Assembly: GCA_009694955.1 (NCBI GenBank) | Contig: SIBZ01000004.1 | Coordinates: 1 to 39,703, forward strand | Source of the DNA: Candidatus Tayloriibacteriota bacterium | Lineage (GTDB): Bacteria > Patescibacteriota > Minisyncoccia > Phycocordibacterales > UBA10002 | Length of the DNA: 39,703 nt | Direction: 5' to 3' | Shown here: positions 26,001 through 33,775 of the stretch, piece after piece | How the letters are laid out: each line of letters begins with the position of its first letter | Position numbering within the stretch: position 1 is the stretch's first letter | Made by a program: the position numbers and the translations under genes | The notes under the pieces: generated by a model | What the model saw: the letters and a program-made list of their open reading frames with translations, nothing else | Database searches by the model: none | What the model was told of the DNA's origin: nothing

Positions 26001-26722
26001 AGCTCTCCTTCAAGCGTCTTCTGGAGCACGTTCAAATCGAGCACCACGAGGAGGTCGTAAATCGCCTCCGCACCGACACCCGCTTCAAAGAGCGTGCCGT
26101 ATTTGAGCGAGAACGAATGAAATTGCACTTCATCAAGAACCGCCCCTTCGACAACGCCCTCTATTTCGCGCTTGGCCATAAGGTAGCGCTCTTTCAAAGC
26201 ATCGCGGTCTTTCTCCGTCGTAAGAGCCTTTACTTTGGTGCGGTATTCGTTCTCGAGGTCGCGCAGGAGTCTCGAGCGCTCTTCGGGCGCGACTTTCGTG
26301 ATGAGATATCCCGCGAAATAAATGACTTTTTCGAGCTCGGCCGAGGACATACCGAGAAGGAGTCCGAGGCGGGAGGGCATACTCCTGAGGAACCAGATAT
26401 GGGAAACCGGCGACGAGAGTTCGATATGTCCCATTCGCTCACGGCGGACAATCGAGCGCGTCAGTTCTACGCCACATTTCTCACAGACAATACCTTTATA
26501 GCGGACACCGCGGTATTTCCCGCAATAACATTCATAGTCGCGGTCGGGACCGAAGATGCGCTCGTCGAAGAGGCCGTTCTTTTCACTGCGCTGTGTTCGG
26601 TAGTTGATGGTTTCCGGCTTGGTGACTTCACCGAACGACCACTCCTTGATGTCGTCGGGCGACGCAAGTTTGAGGAAGACCGAGTCGAAGTCGTTGATGT
26701 TTGAGATGGTTTTGCTTTTCAT
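23036..26722 (-). CDS. rpoC: RNA polymerase beta' subunit
   Basis: NADFDGD catalytic motif, zinc-binding cysteines and GEPGTQLTMRTFH. Confidence 0.99.
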   Translation of the reverse strand: MKSKTISNINDFDSVFLKLASPDDIKEWSFGEVTKPETINYRTQRSEKNGLFDERIFGPDRDYECYCGKYRGVRYKGIVCEKCGVELTRSIVRRERMGHIELSSPVSHIWFLRSMPSRLGLLLGMSSAELEKVIYFAGYLITKVAPEERSRLLRDLENEYRTKVKALTTEKDRDALKERYLMAKREIEGVVEGAVLDEVQFHSFSLKYGTLFEAGVGAEAIYDLLVVLDLNVLQKTLEGELEKASSVERDRLNKRLSLIRSMISANIRPEWMFLTRVPVIPPALRPMVPLDGGRYATSDVNDLYRRVINRNNRLRKLKEINAPDVILRNEKRILQEAVDSLIDNSIRHGAGAAGALTASQRRPLKSLSDNLKGKRGLFRQNLLGKRVDYSGRSVIVVGPELKLHQCGLPKHMALELFRPFVISKLLQRELAFNIRGAGRLIEEGVPEVWAILEEVIKNKYVLLNRAPTLHRLGIQAFQPVLIEGNAIQVHPLVCTAFNADFDGDQMAVHVPLSEEAQLEAREIMAAHKNILKPGSGDPIVSGKMLDIVLGCWWMTKVLPGAKGEGKMFARPNSAITAWDFDVVDFRAKIKVLATEQEKYKAYEGKVFETTVGRLLFNSVLPNDYAFINKEMERKSMSSLVDDLINRYGISEIPSIMDRIKAFGFKYATYSGITWGIDDVKVPEGKADVIEKAKEKSEVAYQEWRDGLLSEEERLRKNIEIWHAAKAQVEKLIPASLDKNGSVFDMVYSGARGSFSQITQMAGMKGLIQNTAGETIEFPILSCMKEGLTPIEYFITTHGSRKGLTDTALNTAKAGYLTRKLFVVAQDVMVSEVDCGVKEGIKISRNSASGIDAILSKNIKGRFLSADIVTSEGTVLFKKGDLLTKLDALKVQEAGVEEVWVRSPLSCKSVSGICQKCYGLDLGKHEIVGLGEAVGTVAAQAIGEPGTQLTMRTFHTGGVSTLGGDITQGLPRVEELFEKRAPKNPAVVCRVDGIITEIKDLGKEKIITVLPDIADKSKTKKKSESEYVTSYNRIPLVKVGDAVKKGDLLTDGAADIDELFKYGGRERAQEYIISEVTKPYDLQGETVARKHIETIVRQMFFRRKVKDAGGTALSIGDVVDPLTLSRENEGAKERGEEEAKAESLVMGISEVSLSRRSFLSAASFQHTTRVLINSAVRGSKDSLQGLMENVIIGRLIPAGTGYKGGPKAAMIAKMQAELYPEPAFEEPAE

Positions 26723-26726
26723 AATG

Positions 26727-26814
26727 AGTTGAAAGATTTAAGTTGTAAGATTTAAGGAGGACACCTCTTTTCTTAATTCTTTACGTTAATCTTGAATCTT
26801 TAATCTTAAATCTA
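26727..26814. repeat. Inverted heptamer cassette, AGATTTA/TCTTAAA family, copy 2 (rpoB-rpoC spacer)
   Basis: agttgaa agattta agttgta agattta ag - gaggacacctc - tcttaat...tcttgaa tctttaa tcttaaa tct. Confidence 0.88.
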
Positions 26815-29800
26815 ACGAGCTCGTTCCCGTCTTCGCTCATAGGTGGTCGACCGCTTTGCCGGCATCTCAATTCCCGTTTCTCCTTCTTTCTTCAGTTCAA
26901 CATCAAGCGCAAGTCCTCGCAGAGTGTTCAAAAGTACACTGAACGAAGCCGGCGCGTTCATCGCTCCGATACGCTCACCTTTCACGATGGCGTCGAATGC
27001 CGCAGAGCGCCCCAGAATATCGTCGGACTTAATCGTAAGCATTTCGCGGAGCGTATATGCCGCGCCATGACCGAGAAGCGCCCAGACTTCCATTTCACCG
27101 AAACGCTGACCTCCACCTTGCGCTTTCCCTCCGAGCGGTTGCTGGGTGATAAGCGAGTACGGACCGATGGAGCGCATATGAATTTTGTCTTCCACCATAT
27201 GGTGAAGCTTCATAATGTACATATACCCTACGGAGATATCCTGGTTGAAGCCATCGCCGGTCCGGCCGTCGTACAGTTTCATCTTGCCTGTCGGTGCGAT
27301 ACCTGCCTTCACGAGTTCTTCCTTGATTTCAACATCCGTCGCTCCCGCGAATGGGGGCACGATTGCCTGATAGCCGAGCGTGTTCGCGGCAAGGCCGAGG
27401 TGTAATTCCAAAATCTGTCCGAGGTTCATACGGGAAGGTACACCGAGCGGAGTGAGAATCATATCCACCGGACGGCCATCGGCCATATACGGCATATCTT
27501 CTTCGGGAAGCACCTTGGAGATGACACCCTTGTTTCCGTGGCGTCCGGCGAGTTTGTCGCCGACCGAAGCGGCGCGCAATTCCGCGACTTCGATATGAAT
27601 GCGCTTAATGATGCCCGATTCGAGCTTGTCGCCCTTCTCGCGCGAAAATACTTTCACGCCGATAATGCGCCCACGCTTTCCGTTTTCCATACGCTTCGAT
27701 GTGTCTTTGACGTCGCGCGCTTTCTCACCAAAGAGAGAACGCAGGAGTCTTTCTTCCGGCGTAAGCTGTGTTTCGCCTTTCGGAGTGATTTTACCGACAA
27801 GAATATCACCCGGGCGTACTTCCGCACCAATGCGCACAACACCGTCTTCATCGAGGTTCTTAAGTTTGCTTTCGCCGACGTTCGGGATGTCGTGAGTCGT
27901 GATTTCGGGACCGAGCTTGGTGTCGCGGACGTTTACCACAAACTCTTCAATGTGCACGCTTGTGAACCGGCTGTCCTTGACGAGGCGTTCCGAAATAATG
28001 ATGGCATCTTCGTAGTTGGAACCTGACCACGACATAAAGGCAATCAGGATGTTCTGGCCAAGCGCCATCTGTCCGCGGTCGCTCGATGAGGTATCGGAAA
28101 GCACGTCTCCGCGGGAGACGTTTTGGTTGAGCGACACAATCGGGCGCTGGTGGAATGAGGTAAAGCCGTTGGTCCGCGAGAAATTAACGAGGGGGTATTC
28201 CTTCTCCTTTCCTTTCGCGTTTTTGAGAACAATTCGGCGCGCGTCGACGTGACTGATGATGCCGTCTTCGTCAGCAATGATAAGACGTCCCGTATCGCGG
28301 GCCGCCATCTCCTCGATGCCGGTCGCGACAAGCGGAGCTTCGGGGATAAGGCACGGAGTCGCTTGTTTCTGCATGTTCGAACCCATAAGCGCGCGGTTCG
28401 CGTCGTCGTGGTTCAAGAACGGAATCATAGACGTAGCGACGGAAAAGGCCTGATTGGTCGCGACGTCGATGTAGTCAATTTCTTCCCGCTTCACAAGCTC
28501 CGGCTTTCCGTTCAGACGAACCTCGGCTTCAGCGGCAAGAATGGTTCCGTCAGCGCCGTACTTCGTGGCGGCATGGGCGATTTTAAAGTTTTCTTCCTCG
28601 AGCGCGTTGAGATACTGCACCTCCTTGGTGATTTTTCCGTCCTTTACTTTCGCGTAAGGCGTTTCAATCATTCCGAAACTGTTGAGACGGGCGTAGGTTG
28701 AGAGGCGGAGGATGAGTCCGATGTTCGGACCTTCGGGCGTATGAATGGGACAAAGTCGTCCGTAGTGGGACGGATGCACGTCGCGGACTTCGAAGCCTGC
28801 GCGTTCACGCGTCAGTCCTCCGGGACCGAGCGCCGAAAGCGTGCGTAAATGTTCGAGCTCGGAGAGAATGTTCTCCTGTTGCATAAACTGCGAGAGTTGG
28901 TTCGTGGTGAAGAATTCCTTGATGCGCGCTTGGAGAGGTTTTGGCGAAATGAAGTTGACAGGGAGCGTCACGTCGGACTCGACGGTCGACATACGGTCTT
29001 GCACGTTGCGCTTGATTTGCGCCATACCGACACGGATTTTCTGCTGGAAAAGTTCGCCGACAAAGCGCACTCTGCGTGAACCGAGGTGGTCGATGTCGTC
29101 CTCCATCGCGTCGGCGGTGTTGTCGAGCGTGATGACATTGGTGACAATCGTGACAAGGTCGTTGAGCGAGATGACCCGGCGGTCCATTTCTTTCTCATCC
29201 ATCGATTTGCCGAACCGCTTATTAAAGCGGAACCGCCCCACTTTCGAAAGGTCGTACCGTTCCGTCTCGAAGATGGAGTTGATGAACTCTTTCGCGTTCT
29301 CGACGCTTCCGATTTCCCCGTCGCGCAGGCGCTTGTGGATTTCCATATAGGCCTCGTCGGTTGTCTTCGCGTGGTCTTTGGCGAAAGACGCCTTAAGATG
29401 GGGTTCGGCGGCGGGAGTCGTGGCAAAAAGGCTGAAAATCTGCTTTTCATCCTTGGCTCCGAGAATGCGCAGGAGTGAGGTAACGGCAAACTTGCGCTTG
29501 CGGTCGATGCGGACATAGAGTGCACCATCCACATCGGTTTCAATTTCAATCCACGCGCCGCGTGCGGGAATAATCTTTGCACCGAAGTATTTCCTGCCCT
29601 TGATTTCCTCTGCCGTGAAAAAGACACCGAATGAACGGGCGAGCTGAGGCACAATAACACGCTCAATACCGGAAATGATGAACGTACCGTGCTGTGTCTG
29701 AAGCGGAAAATCCGCCATAAAAATCTCCTGCTCTTTCACTGAACCGACAATTTTATTCTTAAGACGCACCGTGACTTTGAGCGGAGCTTCATAGGAGAGC

Positions 29801-30060
29801 TTGTTTTGCTTCGCGTAAAACTCGTCGAACTTCGGCTCCTGCAGTTTGAAACCGGTGAAATCCAGTTCAAACTTTTTGCCGGAGTAATCCTTAATTGAAG
29901 AGAATTCGGAAAACACTTCTTTGAGCCCCGTTTCAATGAGCCATTTGAATGACTCTACTTGAGGTTCAACGAGGTTCGGGAGCGTCGTGAGCGGGGCCTT
30001 ATAAGCGCCGAAGTGCTTCTGGGGCCGTGCCTGGGCGCTTGACGTGTATTCTCTGCTCAT
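26812..30060 (-). CDS. rpoB: RNA polymerase beta subunit
   Basis: GDKLAGRHGNKG, GGQRFGEME and HDDANRALMGSNMQ. Confidence 0.99.
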   Translation of the reverse strand: MSREYTSSAQARPQKHFGAYKAPLTTLPNLVEPQVESFKWLIETGLKEVFSEFSSIKDYSGKKFELDFTGFKLQEPKFDEFYAKQNKLSYEAPLKVTVRLKNKIVGSVKEQEIFMADFPLQTQHGTFIISGIERVIVPQLARSFGVFFTAEEIKGRKYFGAKIIPARGAWIEIETDVDGALYVRIDRKRKFAVTSLLRILGAKDEKQIFSLFATTPAAEPHLKASFAKDHAKTTDEAYMEIHKRLRDGEIGSVENAKEFINSIFETERYDLSKVGRFRFNKRFGKSMDEKEMDRRVISLNDLVTIVTNVITLDNTADAMEDDIDHLGSRRVRFVGELFQQKIRVGMAQIKRNVQDRMSTVESDVTLPVNFISPKPLQARIKEFFTTNQLSQFMQQENILSELEHLRTLSALGPGGLTRERAGFEVRDVHPSHYGRLCPIHTPEGPNIGLILRLSTYARLNSFGMIETPYAKVKDGKITKEVQYLNALEEENFKIAHAATKYGADGTILAAEAEVRLNGKPELVKREEIDYIDVATNQAFSVATSMIPFLNHDDANRALMGSNMQKQATPCLIPEAPLVATGIEEMAARDTGRLIIADEDGIISHVDARRIVLKNAKGKEKEYPLVNFSRTNGFTSFHQRPIVSLNQNVSRGDVLSDTSSSDRGQMALGQNILIAFMSWSGSNYEDAIIISERLVKDSRFTSVHIEEFVVNVRDTKLGPEITTHDIPNVGESKLKNLDEDGVVRIGAEVRPGDILVGKITPKGETQLTPEERLLRSLFGEKARDVKDTSKRMENGKRGRIIGVKVFSREKGDKLESGIIKRIHIEVAELRAASVGDKLAGRHGNKGVISKVLPEEDMPYMADGRPVDMILTPLGVPSRMNLGQILELHLGLAANTLGYQAIVPPFAGATDVEIKEELVKAGIAPTGKMKLYDGRTGDGFNQDISVGYMYIMKLHHMVEDKIHMRSIGPYSLITQQPLGGKAQGGGQRFGEMEVWALLGHGAAYTLREMLTIKSDDILGRSAAFDAIVKGERIGAMNAPASFSVLLNTLRGLALDVELKKEGETGIEMPAKRSTTYERRRERAR

Positions 30061-30242
30061 AATGAGTGTACGTTTTATTAAAAACTGCTAAAAGCTCTCC
30101 CACGTGCACAAAAGAAAAAGGCCCTCGGTCTCTCGGGTCTTTTTATTTGAATAGATTGATTTAGTTGATGCTTAGCAAGATTAGAGAGGACAACGCCTTT
30201 AATCCTTGCCCGCAGTGCCGGAACACACTCATTCCGCAGGTG
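30061..30242 (-). promoter_or_regulatory. Long structured rpoB leader with an internal terminator-like hairpin
   Basis: Stems gcaaggatt/aatcttgc and aaaaagaccc/gggcctttt followed by U's; 9-bp pairing of 30061-30069 with 30225-30233. Confidence 0.55.
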
Positions 30243-30248
30243 CCAAGG

Positions 30249-30291
30249 AGTCTAGCCTAAAGCACCTTTCTTGTCAATGGGGTTATCCACA
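30249..30291 (-). promoter_or_regulatory. rpoB promoter with an adjacent perfect DnaA box
   Basis: Minus strand TTGACA (30272-30277)-17-TAGACT (30249-30254); TTATCCACA at 30283-30291. Confidence 0.7.
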
Positions 30292-30331
30292 GGCTGGATG
30301 TTTCGTCCTTTCTGCTTCCCTTTCCCCCTTT

Positions 30332-30382
30332 CTGTCATTCCAGCCCATCTATAACCTTGTGGGGGGAGAGCTGGAATCCAGA
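30332..30382. repeat. GTCATTCC...GGAATCCAG palindromic element, copy 1
   Basis: ctgtcattccagc...gctggaatccaga. Confidence 0.7.
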
Positions 30383-30412
30383 TTGGATGCCTCATATGTT
30401 ACAATGTCGCGT

Positions 30413-31588
30413 ATGATCAAAAAACTGTTTGGAGTTGAGCGTAATGTCTTCTTTATGGGACTCGTCTCGTTCTTCAACGACTTCTCCAACGAGATGATTG
30501 TCTCCATCTTCCCCGCCTTCTTCAGCTCCGTCTTGAAATCAGGCGCCGCAAGCTTAGGATTTATCGAGGGTCTCGCGGACGGCATTTCAAACCTCACGAA
30601 AATCTTTTCCGGCCGTCTTTCCGACAAAACCCAGAAACGAAAAGTGCTGGCGCTCTCCGGCTACATTCTCTCGGTTGCCACGCGCCCGTTTTACCTCGTT
30701 TCTTCTGTCGCATCGCACGTACTTGGCATCCGCGTCGTTGACCGTATCGGTAAAGGAATCCGCGAAGCGCCTCGCGACGCACTTCTCTCTCTTTCTTCCG
30801 ATTCCGAACACATCGGGCATTCATTTGGTTTCCACCGCTCGATGGATTCGCTTGGTTCTATCTTAGGTCCTCTTACCGCATTCCTCATTCTTGAACGGTT
30901 TCCCGGCGCGTTTAATACCGTATTTATTACCGCGTTTTTTGTCGGCATTCTAGCGCTCTTCTCCTTCGTTTTTATTAAGGAGGTGCAGGCGGTACACGCC
31001 CGAGGGGAGAAACTGCGCCTCCGCCTTAAACCGCACACCAAAGAGTTCAAACGTTTTCTCGGTATTATCTTCCTCCTTTCCATCGCCAATCTCCCTATCG
31101 CTCTTCTACTCCTCCGCACGCAGGACCTTGGACTCCGCATAAGTTTCATTCCTCTTTTCTATTTATTCTATAGCGTTTCCTATACACTTCTTTCCCCCAA
31201 AGCGGGACGTCTCGCCGACAAAGTCGGAGACAAGCCGGTCATTCTAGGCGGATATCTGCTTATGGGGCTCGCGTATCTTTTCCTTATTTATGATCAGACA
31301 CTTGTCGCTCTCGCAGTTGGCTTTATCATTCTTGGTATCGGGAGCGCGACAACCGACAGCGTTCAGCGTTCATTTGCCGCGCGCCTCACGAACCCAGAAG
31401 AACGTGGAAATGCGTATGGTCTCCTGAACGCCGCCATCGGGTTTGGTCTTCTTATCTCCGGCGTTGTCGGCGGACTCTTATGGCAGAACTTCGGAGCCAC
31501 CACCGCGCTCACCTTCGGCCTCGGCCTTATTCTCATCGCGCTTATCGCGTTCGGCCTTATCGGCGCTAAACGCGCGAATACACAATAA
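30413..31588 (+). CDS. Major facilitator superfamily transporter
   Basis: About 12 TM helices; motif A GRLSDK and GRLADKVG; ATG 7 nt after TGtTACAAT. Confidence 0.93.
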   Translation: MIKKLFGVERNVFFMGLVSFFNDFSNEMIVSIFPAFFSSVLKSGAASLGFIEGLADGISNLTKIFSGRLSDKTQKRKVLALSGYILSVATRPFYLVSSVASHVLGIRVVDRIGKGIREAPRDALLSLSSDSEHIGHSFGFHRSMDSLGSILGPLTAFLILERFPGAFNTVFITAFFVGILALFSFVFIKEVQAVHARGEKLRLRLKPHTKEFKRFLGIIFLLSIANLPIALLLLRTQDLGLRISFIPLFYLFYSVSYTLLSPKAGRLADKVGDKPVILGGYLLMGLAYLFLIYDQTLVALAVGFIILGIGSATTDSVQRSFAARLTNPEERGNAYGLLNAAIGFGLLISGVVGGLLWQNFGATTALTFGLGLILIALIAFGLIGAKRANTQ

Positions 31589-31615
31589 AAAAGAGCCGAC
31601 TCCTGTCGGCTCTTT
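31587..31615. terminator. Bidirectional terminator
   Basis: aaagagccgac-tcct-gtcggctcttt. Confidence 0.8.
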
Positions 31616-31637
31616 AGCGTATGCAAAGCTGGGCTAA

Positions 31638-31928
31638 TTATTGCCCGTGCTTGAAGAGCAAGTAGTACGCAACACCCGCGAACGCGAGGGCGAAGAAGCG
31701 AACTATCCAGAGGATATTCCTCTGCAGGTTCATAAACTTGTACGCTTCATCCCGTCTCTTTTCGGGAGGTAGCACGTTGTACACCGGGTCATATCCCGCA
31801 AGGAACGCCTCGTTTTCGTGCACTCCGCGAAGCGTCCGAAGTCGGAACGAGTGAACGGGACTAGAGATACACATCCAAAGTGTCGGCTGTATCAATGTGT
31901 GTTTTTCTGACTGAGTACATTTAGACAT
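31638..31928 (-). CDS. Small hypothetical protein with a C-terminal TM helix
   Basis: 96-aa ATG ORF with AAGGA upstream; ends at a terminator. Confidence 0.5.
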   Translation of the reverse strand: MSKCTQSEKHTLIQPTLWMCISSPVHSFRLRTLRGVHENEAFLAGYDPVYNVLPPEKRRDEAYKFMNLQRNILWIVRFFALAFAGVAYYLLFKHGQ

Positions 31929-32137
31929 ATTTACTTTTTCCTTTACACAAAAATAGCCCGCTTTCTAGCGGACTTTTCCTTTTTTCATTCAGCTGGACTC
32001 CTCGCCACAGCTAGGCCGTATACAGTATCGTTCACTCGCTGAGGGCGGGTGGACAACCAAACTTACTTTTTCAAGACGACCTAACTAATATATACCCAAT
32101 ACCCCCCGTTTGTCAATCATTCCTTCCTCACTCTTAC

Positions 32138-32163
32138 TAGGCTAATTCGTGCGAATTAGCCTA
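32138..32163. repeat. 12-bp palindrome after trmD
   Basis: taggctaattcg-tg-cgaattagccta. Confidence 0.65.
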
Positions 32164-32173
32164 TAACAAATTG

Positions 32174-32860
32174 TTATTTTCTGCGCTTCAGTTTCCACTC
32201 GTTGATTTTTGCCTGATGACCGGAGAGAAGGATTTTAGGGACGCGGAATTTCTTGCCTTTGTAGGAAAAGATTTCAGGGCGGGTGTAGACATCGGGGCTG
32301 GCAACACGACTTTCCTCGCGCGAGTTGAAATCGCCAAGCACGCCTTCCACTTGGCGCGCGATTACGTCAATCATCAGCATTGCGGGGAGTTCCCCGCCGG
32401 TGAGTACGAACGGACCCACGGATACCTCCTCAACCTTGAATGCCTTCTTGACTCGTGCATCTATTCCCTCATACCGCCCGCAGATAATGATGATGTCTTT
32501 CTGTTTCGCGTACTTCACTCCACTTTCGTTGGTGAACTGCTTCCCGCTCGGGCTTAGCCAGACAAGAGGAGCTTTTAGCTTATAGCTTATAGCTTTTAGC
32601 TTTTTCGCCATTCTCACATTTTTAAGAATGTCAGAATATGCTTTTTCGATGGCGCGGATAACTGGTTCGGCTTGGATAACCATGCCGGGACCGCCGCCGT
32701 ACGGAGCGCGGTCAATTCGTTTCCATTTATTTTCCGCAAAATCGCGCGGGTTGTAGAACTTCACCTGTATCTTTTTGTCCTCAATGGCGCGCTTCAAAAT
32801 CGACTCCCCGAGATAGGAGTCAAATGCGTGCGGGAATAAGGTTATGATATGGAAATTCAT
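32174..32860 (-). CDS. trmD: tRNA (guanine-N1)-methyltransferase
   Basis: PYGGGPGMV, LSPSG, CGRYEGIDAR, VLTGGELPA and LLSGH; ATG at 32860. Confidence 0.97.
   Translation of the reverse strand: MNFHIITLFPHAFDSYLGESILKRAIEDKKIQVKFYNPRDFAENKWKRIDRAPYGGGPGMVIQAEPVIRAIEKAYSDILKNVRMAKKLKAISYKLKAPLVWLSPSGKQFTNESGVKYAKQKDIIIICGRYEGIDARVKKAFKVEEVSVGPFVLTGGELPAMLMIDVIARQVEGVLGDFNSREESRVASPDVYTRPEIFSYKGKKFRVPKILLSGHQAKINEWKLKRRK
32570..32637. repeat. Composite in-frame insert in trmD: heptamer array plus palindrome
   Basis: agctttt agcttat agcttat agctttt agctttt (32570-32604) and attctcacatttttaagaatgtcagaat (32610-32637), read as SDILKNVRMAKKLKAISYKLKA. Confidence 0.8.
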
Positions 32861-32899
32861 GTATAGCAAAATACAACAAAATTGTAATAATGGCAATAC

Positions 32900-32931
32900 A
32901 ACACAAAACCGCCTTTCGGCGGTTTTGTGTT
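32900..32931 (-). terminator. Terminator after khpA
   Basis: aacacaaaaccgcc-tttc-ggcggttttgtgtt. Confidence 0.85.
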
Positions 32932-32942
32932 AGTCTTTTCTG

Positions 32943-32977
32943 AAAGCTAAAAGCTAAAAGCTAGAACCTAAAAGCTA
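32943..32977. repeat. Heptamer array, AGCTnnn family
   Basis: aaagcta aaagcta aaagcta gaaccta aaagcta; last unit carries the khpA TAG. Confidence 0.85.
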
Positions 32978-33292
32978 TATCTTGAGGTCTTCCATCGCCT
33001 CGTCCACGCTCTTCGTGGTTGAGCGTTCCGGGCGGGTTCCCCCTTCCGGCTCGTTGATTTTGAGATTTACGCGCGCATTGTTCTTCATACCGACGACTCG
33101 GAGGAGCGTGCGGATTGCCTTTGCAGTGTTGCCTGAGCGACCGATAACTTTACCCATATCAACCGGGCTAATCGAGAGTGTCAGAAGCACGCCCATTTCG
33201 TCGACGGTTCGGTTGATTTTGACATCATCCGGAGCGTCTACAAGCGCCTTCACTACGTATTCGAGAAACGCGACATCGCTTTCTTGTGCCAT
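32975..33292 (-). CDS. khpA: KH-domain RNA-binding protein KhpA (YlqC)
   Basis: DMGKVIGRSGNTAKAIRTLL; lies directly after rpsP. Confidence 0.92.
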   Translation of the reverse strand: MAQESDVAFLEYVVKALVDAPDDVKINRTVDEMGVLLTLSISPVDMGKVIGRSGNTAKAIRTLLRVVGMKNNARVNLKINEPEGGTRPERSTTKSVDEAMEDLKI

Positions 33293-33358
33293 ATTCGTAT
33301 GCTTTTACTAAAAATCCTGATAATTCCTTCTTACTGCGACCCCTTAATCCTACGACAG

Positions 33359-33721
33359 TTATGCCCCCTGCGCAACCGGCGCTTCGACGGGTTTCTCCGC
33401 CACCGGTTCCGCCTTCTTCTCCTCCCCTTTGACCTCCTCTTTTTTGATAGGAGTTCGTCTCGGGAGGACGTTTATTTTCTTTCCCGCGATAATCTTTTCA
33501 TGTACCAAATAGTTGTGGAGCGTGTCCGAAGGCTGGGCTCCCTTTGAAATCCAGTATTTGACGCGCTCGGCGTTGACGGTCTTTTCGTCTGTCTTGAGGT
33601 TAAACGAACCGAGTACTTCGTGAAATTTACCGCTCTTAGTCGAGTTTTTTGAGTCGGTCAAAACCACCCGAAAAATCGGGATGTGCTTGCGGGCGACGCG
33701 TTGTAGTCGAATCATTAACAT
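33359..33721 (-). CDS. rpsP: 30S ribosomal protein S16
   Basis: MIRLQR...FRVVLTDS...YWISKGAQPSDT; ATG at 33721. Confidence 0.95.
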   Translation of the reverse strand: MLMIRLQRVARKHIPIFRVVLTDSKNSTKSGKFHEVLGSFNLKTDEKTVNAERVKYWISKGAQPSDTLHNYLVHEKIIAGKKINVLPRRTPIKKEEVKGEEKKAEPVAEKPVEAPVAQGA

Positions 33722-33728
33722 GGGCGCT

Positions 33729-33769
33729 ATCATATCAGTCTTTGTGAAAAAGTCAAAACAGGCTATAGT
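33729..33769. promoter_or_regulatory. Overlapping divergent promoters for rpsP and rnr
   Basis: Minus strand TTGACT-16-TATGAT-7 nt-ATG; plus strand TATAGT-6 nt-GTG. Confidence 0.65.
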
Positions 33770-33775
33770 AGGGCG

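Noticed and set aside
30283-30291. Replication origin at the DnaA box
   Set aside because: Only one perfect box, with no cluster, no clear unwinding element and no dnaA/dnaN nearby.
30206-30412. Long N-terminal extension of the MFS ORF
   Set aside because: It overlaps the rpoB promoter, the DnaA box and a palindrome; MFS-like sequence begins near 30413.
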